From: a bacterium
GTDB taxonomy: Bacteria > SAR324 > JACQKK01
Direction of reading: 5' to 3'
NCBI GenBank assembly: GCA_965240465.1
Contig: OZ251219.1
Coordinates: 502,681-566,680, forward strand
Length of the DNA: 64,000 bases
Positions within the stretch are counted from its first letter, which is position 1; every line of letters begins with the position of its first letter. Made by a program: the position numbers and the translations under genes. Below the pieces are notes generated by a model. The model was not told the DNA's origin and ran no database searches. It was given only the letters and a program-made list of their open reading frames with translations. Of the stretch, positions 49,064 through 60,202 are shown piece after piece.

Positions 49064-51661
49064 CTAAAATACTTGATAGGGGTCCATATCCACCGTGATA
49101 CGGGAATTATGAGATAATTTTTGCGGAATAAACCGTAGCCATCGCTGGAGAATCTTAGGCTGAGGATGCTTGATGAGCATTAAAAAACGAAAGGAGCGTT
49201 TCAGCTTGGGGATATGAGCTGGTGCTGGTCCTAAGAGGATGGGAAAGGGCTGAACCCGAGGAATATTTTCCTTGAGAACCACGGATATCCGTTGTGCTAG
49301 TTGCTGAGCTAGCTGGGCTTGAGGATTTTCCACCCAAATAAGAGCTTGATGCGTGAAAGGAGGACTTTTGGCTATTTCCCTAAGTTGAAGTTCATGGGAG
49401 GCAAATTGCAAGAATTGATGCTTAAGAGCTCCCTGTAGACTGTAATGCTGAGGGTTATAGGTTTGAATAAGAGCTTTACCGGGTACTGAGCCTCTACCTG
49501 CCCGACCAGCCATTTGGGTAAGTAATTGAAAGGTTCTTTCTGGAGCCCGAAAATCAGGGAGATTAAGGGAAAGATCGGCAAGTAGCATGCCCACTAAGGT
49601 GACTTGAGGAAAATGATGCCCCTTAGCCAAAATTTGAGTACCAATGGCGATATCAAATTTATGCTGAGACATGGTTTGAAGTAATCGCTCCAATTCACCA
49701 CGACGGCGTAGTACATCGGAATCGATACGCAAGATACGGGCTTGGGGAAAAAGCATGGTCGCTTCTTCCTCAATGCGTTGGATGCCAATGCCAGTAAGCT
49801 GGATGTTCTCAGAGCCACAATGCTGACAATTAGAAGGCACCGCCCGCTTAAAACCACAACGATGACACAATAATATCGCCTCATTTTGATGCCAAGTTAA
49901 AGCTATCGTGCAATGATCACATAAGACCGAAGTCAGGCAGTCTTGGCAGAGACTCAAAGAAGCAAACCCGCGGCGATTGAGAAACAAAAGTACCTGCTGT
50001 TTCTTGGCTAAGGTGTGACGAATTTCTTCGGTCAGCTGGCGAGTAAAGCACCAGCTCCCAGGCTGGCGAGGAGCATGACGCAAATCCAATAGCTGTATGA
50101 AGGGCATTTGTTGTTGCTGAGCTCGTTCGGGCAAGATAAGCAATCGCCATTTTTTTTGCTGTACCGCATGCCAGCTCTCCATGCTAGGAGTAGCACTTCC
50201 CAATAACACCACTGCCCCATTATGACGAGCCCTTATCAGTACCGCATCCCGAGCATGATAACGAGGAGCTTCTTCCTGCTTGTAAGAACTATCATGCTCC
50301 TCATCCACCACCACCAACCCCAAATTGGCTAATGGCGCAAACACCGCACTACGAGCCCCTATCGCTACCAAAGCTTCACCTCTCCTCACCCTCAGCCAGC
50401 CCTCCAAACGCTCATTAGACCCCAAAGCACTATGAAGCAAAACTACCCGACCCCCAAAACGAGCCTGAAATCGCTTGACTAACTCCGTACTTAAGGCAAT
50501 CTCTGGTGCCAGCACCAAACAACTGCGTCGCTGCTCCAATGCCTCACGAACCGCATGCAAATAAACCTCCGTTTTGCCGCTTCCAGTCACTCCTTGTAAA
50601 AAAAAACACTGTGACTCCCCCTCCTTAAGTGCCTGCTGTACCTCACTAAAAGCTGCCTGCTGGGCTGGATTCAGAGTTAAAAACTCCTCTCTTCCGACAT
50701 CTTCATTATTCTCCCCAAATTGCCCCCCCTCCCCTGATTGCCCCCCCTCCCCTGATTGCCCCCCCTCCCCTGATTGCCCCCCCTCCCCTGATTGCCCCCC
50801 AAATTGCTTTGAGGCTTGCTGTTCAACCTGTTTGCTTTCCAGCAGCTTTTCTGCTTCCAACTGACGCAACACCAAAGCGGGATTTTTCACCACTGCCCGC
50901 ACTCGTGCCAAGGGGATTTCTCCCTCTTCCCGCAGCAAACGCAAGATGCGTTCTCGTTTGGTTTCCCGACGCGGATTGCGAGTACTAGCCGATTTCTGCT
51001 TATCCACCAAGTGTACCCAAGTTTCCAACTTAGGAGCACCTGCCCCTCCTGATACCCGATGGCATTTCTCCAAAATTTCCCCACGCACTAATCGTTGTAG
51101 CCAGCGATCGGCTTCTGCTCCTCCTTTTTGCTGCTGAAACCAACTAGCAGTAAATCTTTTTCCCGACCGCTGACGAACCCGTAACCGCTCTGCCAGCTCT
51201 TCATTCAATCCCGACATCAATTCTGTTCCCTGCCGAGCAGCCGAGCGGGAAAACCAATACTCCATTTCAAAACGCACCCCCAAACCCCCAGGAATGGCTG
51301 CCGTCAAGGCTTCTCCCCAGCTACAATGATAATACTTCGCCAGCCAGCCACAAAAATCCACCACCTCCTGAGGCAACAAAGCCTCCTTATCCACCACCCG
51401 ATGCAAATCACGCAAGCGTTCCCCAGAGATATCGCTAGCTTCTTTCAGCCGTACTACCACTCCCACCTTTAACCGAGGCCCAAAAGGCACTACCACCCGA
51501 GAACCTACCTCCACCGACTCGGTTAAGCGATAATCAAAGGTTTTTGGCAAGGGCAGATCAAATGCCACTTCCACCACTTGCTTATCGGTGGACTGTTTAT
51601 CTGTGGACTGTTTATCCGCGGGCTGTTTATCTGTGGACTGTTTATCGGTGGGTTGCATCAT
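49064..51661 (-). CDS. priA: Primosomal protein N' (replication restart helicase PriA) with repeat-encoded inserts
   Basis: Walker A is QGVTGSGKTEVYL and DEAH-type is VVDEEHDSSYKQ. The Cys4/Cys4 zinc region is CQDC..CDHC...CHRCG....CQHCGS. The N-terminus has (TDKQS)n and there is an internal (GGQSGE)4.5. Confidence 0.9.
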   Translation of the reverse strand: MMQPTDKQSTDKQPADKQSTDKQSTDKQVVEVAFDLPLPKTFDYRLTESVEVGSRVVVPFGPRLKVGVVVRLKEASDISGERLRDLHRVVDKEALLPQEVVDFCGWLAKYYHCSWGEALTAAIPGGLGVRFEMEYWFSRSAARQGTELMSGLNEELAERLRVRQRSGKRFTASWFQQQKGGAEADRWLQRLVRGEILEKCHRVSGGAGAPKLETWVHLVDKQKSASTRNPRRETKRERILRLLREEGEIPLARVRAVVKNPALVLRQLEAEKLLESKQVEQQASKQFGGQSGEGGQSGEGGQSGEGGQSGEGGQFGENNEDVGREEFLTLNPAQQAAFSEVQQALKEGESQCFFLQGVTGSGKTEVYLHAVREALEQRRSCLVLAPEIALSTELVKRFQARFGGRVVLLHSALGSNERLEGWLRVRRGEALVAIGARSAVFAPLANLGLVVVDEEHDSSYKQEEAPRYHARDAVLIRARHNGAVVLLGSATPSMESWHAVQQKKWRLLILPERAQQQQMPFIQLLDLRHAPRQPGSWCFTRQLTEEIRHTLAKKQQVLLFLNRRGFASLSLCQDCLTSVLCDHCTIALTWHQNEAILLCHRCGFKRAVPSNCQHCGSENIQLTGIGIQRIEEEATMLFPQARILRIDSDVLRRRGELERLLQTMSQHKFDIAIGTQILAKGHHFPQVTLVGMLLADLSLNLPDFRAPERTFQLLTQMAGRAGRGSVPGKALIQTYNPQHYSLQGALKHQFLQFASHELQLREIAKSPPFTHQALIWVENPQAQLAQQLAQRISVVLKENIPRVQPFPILLGPAPAHIPKLKRSFRFLMLIKHPQPKILQRWLRFIPQKLSHNSRITVDMDPYQVF

Positions 51662-51713
51662 TACCCACTGTATCTTAACTAGTACTAGATCTGGTGTTTA
51701 GGGATTGTTTAGC

Positions 51714-52310
51714 TTATTTTGCTTTTGCAGGAGGAGGTCGGGGGGAGGGTTTTTCCTCGGCTGGAGAACGCAACAATTTGTGTATCAGACCTTCCATTTT
51801 CTTAGCTTTTTTACTACCCTTATGTATCTCCCCTACCAAATTCAATTTCACCTGACCCTGTTTATCTATTAGATAGAAGCTAGGCCAATAATTATTATTC
51901 AAGGATTTCCAATAAGCATAATCATTATCTAGATAAACTGGCTGAGTTATCTTGAAGTGCTTGACTGCACTTTCCACATGTCCATACCTTTTTTCATAGG
52001 GAAACTCAGGAGTATGAACACTAATCACCCGCAAACCCTGCTTCTTATATCTATCTCTCACCTCGTGGACCCACGGGAAACTGCGAATACAATTAATTCA
52101 CACCGAAGTCCAAATCTCAACCAGAACTACCTGACCCCAAAAATTATCCCGTGATAAAGGCGGGCTATTAATCCAACTGGCCGCTTTCTGATGCTTAAAC
52201 TCGGGCATCTTCAGCTCCTTCTGCTCCTTTCGCTTACCCAGAGCATACCCAGTCACCAAAAAAATACCCAACAACAATGCTACCCCTGAACCCCATTGAA
52301 ATACTTTCAT
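51714..52310 (-). CDS. Periplasmic thioredoxin-like (DipZ C-terminal / redoxin-type) protein with in-frame TGA at the CxxC position: candidate selenoprotein (U-I-N-C), or else a pseudogene
   Basis: ORFs 52098..52310 and 51714..52061 are in the same frame, separated only by the TGA at 52098-52100. The joined sequence ...VVLVEIWTSV-U-INCIRSFPWVHEVRDRYKKQGLRVISVHTPEF...YWPSFYLID aligns with the FWTYSCINC...GVHTPEF...YWPA.YLID pattern of DipZ-like redoxins. Confidence 0.6.
52061..52077 (-). promoter_or_regulatory. SECIS-like hairpin downstream of the in-frame UGA
   Basis: The mRNA reads CCCGUG-GGUC-CACGAGG. This gives 6 bp with one bulged A and a GGUC apical loop, starting 21 nt 3' of the UGA. 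Confidence 0.35.
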
Positions 52311-52345
52311 TAATTACCTCATAATAACTAGTCCCGACCCAAAAC

Positions 52346-52460
52346 TCACCTGCCTACCTTCTCACCTGCCTCTGCTACTTACCTGCCTCTGCTACTTACC
52401 TGCCTCTGCTACTTACCTGCCTACCTTCTCACCTACCTACCTTCTCACCTGCTTGCCACC
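52346..52460. repeat. 17-bp tandem repeat (ACCTGCCTCTGCTACTT) x3 flanked by related CACCTGCCTACCTTCT units
   Basis: Read directly. It is intergenic. Confidence 0.85.
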
Positions 52461-52567
52461 CTCCTACCCTAACACACCCGCTCCCTAACACCCGCTCCCC
52501 CCCTTTGCTCCTCTAACACTCCCCCCCGCCCCCCGCCCCGCCAGACCCTCCTACACTCCTTATAATC

Positions 52568-53506
52568 ATGCATAAAATAAAACCCGAACACAAGATTCAA
52601 AGACCCAATCCCCACTCCAATCCCCACTCCACCCCCGCCTCTTCAACTGGCAGAAATGACCCATGCTGGTGCGGTAGTGGCAAAAAATACAAAAAATGCC
52701 ACCTAGTACCAAACCAAAACCCAGCTCCTTCCTTATCCTCTAATCTCCTAACACCCGCAAACCATCAGATCATCCTTAAAACACCCGCCCAAATCGCTAA
52801 CATTCGCAAATCCTGTCAACTGGTACATAACACCCTGAATATGCTCGAAAATCGCCTTGAAGCAGGAATCACTACCAACCAAATCAACCACTGGGTACAT
52901 CAATATACCCTTGATCATAACGCCCGTCCCGCCCCCCTTTATTATCGCGGTTATCCTAAATCGGTCTGTACTTCGGTCAATGAAGTAGTCTGCCACGGCA
53001 TCCCCAACGATGTACCCCTCCAGCCCGGTGATATAATCAATGTGGATGTAACTTCCATCCTTAATGACTACTATGGCGACTCCAGCCGCATGTTCTTCAT
53101 TGAACCCATCAGTAATCAAGCCCGCAATTTATGTGAAACTACCCTCCAATGCCTCAACCGAGCCATCGCAAAAGTCCAACCCAATGCCAAACTGGGCGAT
53201 ATCGGACACGCCATCCAATCCCATGCCGAAGCCCAAGGATATTCCGTAGTGAAAGATTTTGTCGGACACGGGGTAGGTATTTCCTTCCACGAAGAACCCA
53301 TGGTACCTCACTTCGGTCGCCCCAATACTGGAATGACCCTTAAAGCGGGCATGATCTTCACCATTGAACCCATGATCAACCTCGGCGACTGGGCAGTAGA
53401 AATCCTCTCCGACCAATGGACCGCGGTCACCAAAGATCGTTCCCTCTCAGCCCAATATGAACACACCATCTTAGTAACCCCAAAAGGACACGAAGTGCTA
53501 ACCTGA
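52568..53506 (+). CDS. map: Type I methionine aminopeptidase with an N-terminal SEC-C zinc motif
   Basis: NDPCWCGSGKKYKKCH is the SEC-C motif. The MAP blocks are VCHGIP, GDIINVDV...DSSRMF, GHG.G..FHE and FTIEPM. Confidence 0.9.
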   Translation: MHKIKPEHKIQRPNPHSNPHSTPASSTGRNDPCWCGSGKKYKKCHLVPNQNPAPSLSSNLLTPANHQIILKTPAQIANIRKSCQLVHNTLNMLENRLEAGITTNQINHWVHQYTLDHNARPAPLYYRGYPKSVCTSVNEVVCHGIPNDVPLQPGDIINVDVTSILNDYYGDSSRMFFIEPISNQARNLCETTLQCLNRAIAKVQPNAKLGDIGHAIQSHAEAQGYSVVKDFVGHGVGISFHEEPMVPHFGRPNTGMTLKAGMIFTIEPMINLGDWAVEILSDQWTAVTKDRSLSAQYEHTILVTPKGHEVLT

Positions 53507-53542
53507 GCCTTCGCAACAGATAGCAAAAAAGCCAAAAATTTA

Positions 53543-55914
<2,372 letters not shown>

Positions 55915-56012
55915 TGCTTACTGGATTATGTTAGACGCAGTACTAGCTCTGAAGCAAGATTTGGCTTAAATCAATAGTTCGTTCATTAGGAATTTATCCC
56001 CTATAAAAATTT

Positions 56013-57299
56013 ATGAAATACACCACTATTCCCCAAACCGATCCCCAAGTATTCGAAATCCTCCAAGCAGAAACTACCCGTCAGCGCGAAGGACTAGACC
56101 TTATCCCCTCTGAAAACTATGTCAGCCCAGCAGTTCTGGAGGTGATCGCCAATGTCTTCACCAATAAATACTCTGAAGGCTACCCTGGACATCGCTATTA
56201 TGGAGGGCAAACCTATTCCAACGAAATTGAAAGTCTCACCATTGAGCGGGCTAAAAACCTATTCTCGGCTGATCACGCCTCGGTTCAGCCCCTCTCTGGA
56301 GCCAATGCTAACTTGGCTGCCTACATAGCTTGGCTACAACCCGGCGATACAATCCTCGCTATGGATCTCTCCCACGGTGGACATCTGACCCATGGCTCTC
56401 CAGTTACTTTTTCCGCGGCTATCTATCGCTTCATCCACTACAAAATGAAAGATGTATCCACTGGCGAAATAGATTATGACGCTCTCAGAGACCAAGCCCT
56501 AAAAGAAAAACCCAAACTCATTCTCGCCGGGCTTTCCGCCTACCCCAGAACCCTGAACTATAAAAGAATTGCCGAAATTGCCCAAGAAGTAGGGGCCCTG
56601 GCTATGGCTGATATGGCTCATCTTTCTGGGCTCATCGCAGCTAAGGTACTTCCCAATCCCCTAAACTACGGCTTTAACTTGATGACTACCACTACCCACA
56701 AATCCCTACGCGGACCTAGAGGAGCCATCATCCTAACCAAGGGAATAGTATCCAATCCCCTTAAAAAACCAGAAAAAACCTTGGAAAATATCCCTACCCT
56801 GATTGATCGGGCTATTTTCCCAGGACTACAGGGAGGACCACACATGCATAAAATCGCGGCTATCTGCGTCGCCCTTAAAGAAGCTGCCAGCCCAGATTTT
56901 CAAAAATACGCCCAGCAAATACTCAAAAATGCCCAAGCCCTGTCTGCTGCCCTCCAAAAACTCGGTGCTAAACTCATCACCAATGGCACCGATAATCACC
57001 TCATGCTCATCAATACCATGGAAAGCTTCGGCAAAAATGGCGACCAAATACAAACCGAACTGGATGAAGTCAATATTACCCTCAACAAAAACTCCATCCC
57101 CGATGATCCCCTACCTCCTTTCAAATCCTCCGGAGCTCGCCTTGGAACTCCAGCCGCCACCACCAGAGGCATGAAAGAACCCGAAATGGCTAAAATCGCC
57201 AACTGGATCATACACATTGCCAAAAATGGCCTTCGCGAAGCTCCTCAGGTCAAAAAAGAAGTACGGGAACTCTGCCTTAAATTTCCTCCTCCTCAATAG
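56013..57299 (+). CDS. glyA: Serine hydroxymethyltransferase
   Basis: LIPSENY.SP.V, YSEGYPG.RYYGG and the PLP site TTTTHKSLRGPRG are present. Confidence 0.95.
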   Translation: MKYTTIPQTDPQVFEILQAETTRQREGLDLIPSENYVSPAVLEVIANVFTNKYSEGYPGHRYYGGQTYSNEIESLTIERAKNLFSADHASVQPLSGANANLAAYIAWLQPGDTILAMDLSHGGHLTHGSPVTFSAAIYRFIHYKMKDVSTGEIDYDALRDQALKEKPKLILAGLSAYPRTLNYKRIAEIAQEVGALAMADMAHLSGLIAAKVLPNPLNYGFNLMTTTTHKSLRGPRGAIILTKGIVSNPLKKPEKTLENIPTLIDRAIFPGLQGGPHMHKIAAICVALKEAASPDFQKYAQQILKNAQALSAALQKLGAKLITNGTDNHLMLINTMESFGKNGDQIQTELDEVNITLNKNSIPDDPLPPFKSSGARLGTPAATTRGMKEPEMAKIANWIIHIAKNGLREAPQVKKEVRELCLKFPPPQ

Positions 57300-57327
57300 C
57301 TCGGCAACGGTATGAAAGTCACCCCAC

Positions 57328-58503
57328 ATGCAACCCACCCTGCGACCTACCCTGCGACCTACCCTGCAATCCAACCGACCTACCCTGCGACCTACCCTGC
57401 AATCCAACCTGCGACCCAACACCGTGTTTTGTCGCGATAATTTAGACGTCCTAGGCGGCATTAACAGCAACTGCATTGACCTGATCTATCTTGATCCCCC
57501 TTTTAACAAAGGTAAGCAGTTTCACGCTCCTGCGGGCAGTGAAGCGGAGGGAGCTGATTTTAATGACATATGGAGGGAAGAATCCGTCAAGGATGAATGG
57601 CATGGGGAAATCAAATTCAAAAAACCTAAACTCTATAAGTACTTAGATGCCGTAGGAGAGATAGGCAACCGTTCTACTAAGTATTATCTCATTTACATGG
57701 CGGTGCGTTTGTTTGAAATATACCGCATCTTAAAAGAGACTGGGAATCTGTATCTGCACTGCGATACCACCATGTCGCATTATTTGAAGATACTGCTGGA
57801 CTGCATTTTTGGAATAAATAATTTCAAAAATGAAATTATCTGGAGACGAGATGCCGCTGGCAAAGGAGGCAAGCGAGTATCTCATCAATGGCCTCGTTCT
57901 AGCGATGTACTATTGCTCTTTTACAAAGGAGATTCCTCTTTTTTTCATCAACAATACACCCCATTGGGAGAAGCACAGCAAAAAGTCTATCGCTATCAAG
58001 ACGAGGATGGTCGTTTTTATAAGGCAGTCCAGTTAGGCAATTATTCCAAAACGTCCATTCAACAAATGACCAAAGAAGGCCTGATACATACTTCTGGCAC
58101 TGGAAAAATGTATAAAAAATACTACCTGGATAATGCCAAAAGTACCATTGATTGCATCTGGGATAATATCTACGGCTTTGGGGTAAGAACTGCCTCCAAA
58201 GAGCGTACGGGATATCCAACCCAAAAACCCTTGGCTCTTTTGGAACGCATTATTCAGGCGTCCTGTCCCGTAGGTGGTCTGGTGCTGGATCCTTTCTGCG
58301 GATGTGCTACCACTTGCATTGCAGCCTCACGTTTGGGGCGTAAATGGATCGGGATTGACATCGCCCCCAAAACCTTTGATTTGGTAAAAACCCGCCTGCA
58401 AAACGAAGTCCCTCCAGAACTATTAACAAGCAAAACCAGCTACCGAACGGACATCCCCGTACGCACGGATATGGATCATAAAAGAAATGCTACCAGAGGA
58501 TAA
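57328..58503 (+). CDS. Beta-class N4/N6 DNA methyltransferase (DPPF), C-terminal HNH tail lost by frameshift
   Basis: Motif IV is IYLDPPFNKG and motif I is VLDPFCGCATTCIAA. It ends ...YRTDIPVRTDMDHKRNATRG*. An in-frame GTG at 57424 (VFCRDNLDVL) is a plausible real start downstream of the repeat. Confidence 0.8.
   Translation: MQPTLRPTLRPTLQSNRPTLRPTLQSNLRPNTVFCRDNLDVLGGINSNCIDLIYLDPPFNKGKQFHAPAGSEAEGADFNDIWREESVKDEWHGEIKFKKPKLYKYLDAVGEIGNRSTKYYLIYMAVRLFEIYRILKETGNLYLHCDTTMSHYLKILLDCIFGINNFKNEIIWRRDAAGKGGKRVSHQWPRSSDVLLLFYKGDSSFFHQQYTPLGEAQQKVYRYQDEDGRFYKAVQLGNYSKTSIQQMTKEGLIHTSGTGKMYKKYYLDNAKSTIDCIWDNIYGFGVRTASKERTGYPTQKPLALLERIIQASCPVGGLVLDPFCGCATTCIAASRLGRKWIGIDIAPKTFDLVKTRLQNEVPPELLTSKTSYRTDIPVRTDMDHKRNATRG
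57334..57418. repeat. 12-nt-based tandem repeat (CCTGCGACCTAC / CCTGCAATCCAA) overlapping the annotated 5' end of the methyltransferase ORF
   Basis: Read directly. It encodes (PTLR)n(PTLQSN)n. Confidence 0.85.
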
Positions 58504-58603
58504 GGTTTTTCTTTATGGTAGACAGGATAATAGCTGCGATGAGTGTAAATTAAGATTAGATAGAGGTCATCTTGAAGTTGACCATATTTTAACCCTAATG
58601 TGA
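58499..58603 (+). pseudogene. Frameshifted and truncated HNH-nuclease tail of the upstream methyltransferase
   Basis: The +1 frame reads DKVFLYGRQDNSCDECKLRLDRGHLEVDHILTLM*. This is the K..LYG.Q.G.C..C.........VDHI start of the HNH tail seen on many such methyltransferases. It is cut off before the N..LLC..CN half, where AT-rich DNA begins. Confidence 0.55.
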
Positions 58604-58614
58604 CATGGTGCTAT

Positions 58615-59163
58615 ATGTTAATATCATATGTAAAGACATGTGAAAAAGTTGCTAATGTTGTACTAAATACAGGTACATCAAAAGCAAAAATAGTATTTGA
58701 TTTTATTATAGATAAAAAGAGAGGAGGAAAGCAGGGTGGTATTGTTTATTTATTTGTTGTTAATAAGGTAATATATAAAATAGGATACACAAGATCTAAG
58801 GATGGTATCAAGGGGGCATTAACTGCATATCAAGGGGGGATAGGGGGTAGTCCAAGTTTAAGAACATATGGTATACATATTCTACTTCATAAAGAGTTAA
58901 AGGAAAATAGTATCGTGGAAGTATATGCTATTTTTAGTAACACTATGCACGGAAAAGTAAAAGGATTATTCAAAACGTATGACAATATACAAATATCACC
59001 TTCACATGAAATGGAAGATATATGTAAAAAGGATTATATCGCGGTTGAAAAAAAATACCCTAAGTGGAATTTTAAGGAAAATGGAGAAGATTTTCCTAAT
59101 TACATACAAGTTATGCATGCCAAGCAGCTGGTTCATCAGAAATCAAAGAGAAATCGCAAGTAG
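58615..59163 (+). CDS. GIY-YIG nuclease-domain protein, putative Type II restriction endonuclease
   Basis: GGIVYLFVVNKVIYKIGYTR matches GIY-(x9-11)-YIG, with later acidic residues. It is about 183 aa, AT-rich, and convergent with the Dam-like methylase, overlapping its 3' end by 21 nt. Confidence 0.55.
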   Translation: MLISYVKTCEKVANVVLNTGTSKAKIVFDFIIDKKRGGKQGGIVYLFVVNKVIYKIGYTRSKDGIKGALTAYQGGIGGSPSLRTYGIHILLHKELKENSIVEVYAIFSNTMHGKVKGLFKTYDNIQISPSHEMEDICKKDYIAVEKKYPKWNFKENGEDFPNYIQVMHAKQLVHQKSKRNRK

Positions 59164-60078
59164 TTCATGCGATTTCTTTATATGAGAATCGGCATTATAT
59201 ACATCCCTATTGTTTAATACTTTTGATATTCTTGTTTCACCTTGTCCCATTGTATATTGCCAAGATGGATAAAATATGTCACATTTCTTATAGTACTCTT
59301 CGCTTTTTTTGCAATTGTTATACGATAATATAAAGCCGCTTTTGTGATCCATTAATAGGTCTCTCAATAGTTCATGGTTAAATTTAGTATGATGAATAGG
59401 TCTATTGCGTTCAGGATAAATACCATTAAACATCTTACTTGTTTCATCATCTGTTTTAAGAAAATAAGGTGGGTCGCAATAAAAGAAATCCTTGGGGTAT
59501 CTTTTAAATAATTCCTCAAATGATTCGCATGTAATTTTTATACTTGATTCAAAATCTCGTACTCGTTCAATCATTTTTCCGTATTTTCTATCATCTAGAT
59601 AAACACTTGATGCCCATCCAATAAAAGAAGGTCCATAAGATAAATTATGATTATAGAAAAAGTACACTGCTTGTTCTAATTTAGATAATTTTAATTCTCC
59701 TTTTCTCCATTTTTTGACTATTGCTTTTATTCTTAGATATTCCTCTTTTGTTGGTTTCAGTTTTTTTAATTCTTTATAAAGCACATGTGGTTCATTAATT
59801 TGGTATTGCCAATAATTAACTAATACAGGATTAATTTCACATGCAATAATTTCAATCCCTAATTTTTGCTCCATTGCAATTTCAATACTGCCACCCCCAA
59901 AAAAAGGAGATATTACTCGCTTGACAGCTGGTAGATGCTCAATTACATGCCCCACTGCCAAACTTTTACCACCCCCATATCTTATGGGGGATAGTGCCAG
60001 TCGTTTATATTTACGTTTTTCTGAGTGCAGGCTTCCTAGCAGGTCCTGTATACTCATTTTTGGTATTTCCTTAAACAT
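59143..60078 (-). CDS. Dam-family (alpha-class, D12) N6-adenine DNA methyltransferase
   Basis: PIRYGGGKS, motif I SPFFGGGSIE and motif IV FFYCDPPYFL are present. Confidence 0.8.
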   Translation of the reverse strand: MFKEIPKMSIQDLLGSLHSEKRKYKRLALSPIRYGGGKSLAVGHVIEHLPAVKRVISPFFGGGSIEIAMEQKLGIEIIACEINPVLVNYWQYQINEPHVLYKELKKLKPTKEEYLRIKAIVKKWRKGELKLSKLEQAVYFFYNHNLSYGPSFIGWASSVYLDDRKYGKMIERVRDFESSIKITCESFEELFKRYPKDFFYCDPPYFLKTDDETSKMFNGIYPERNRPIHHTKFNHELLRDLLMDHKSGFILSYNNCKKSEEYYKKCDIFYPSWQYTMGQGETRISKVLNNRDVYNADSHIKKSHELLAISL

Positions 60079-60202
60079 TAAACTAACAATTCCTTATGAT
60101 TTTTGCAAGAGTCAACATTTTTAACGAGAATTATAAACTAACCTAGCAAGAATGTTTGCATTATCATGTATATCATCAATTTGGTGGTGATTATCAGTAG
60201 CT

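Noticed and set aside
60079-60202. Search for the missing second half of the HNH motif (N..LLC..CN) to the right of the Dam / GIY-YIG cassette, which would prove a clean insertion.
   Set aside because: Only a weak INLVVI... reading was found. There is no convincing HNH remnant, so the right-hand insertion boundary remains undefined.
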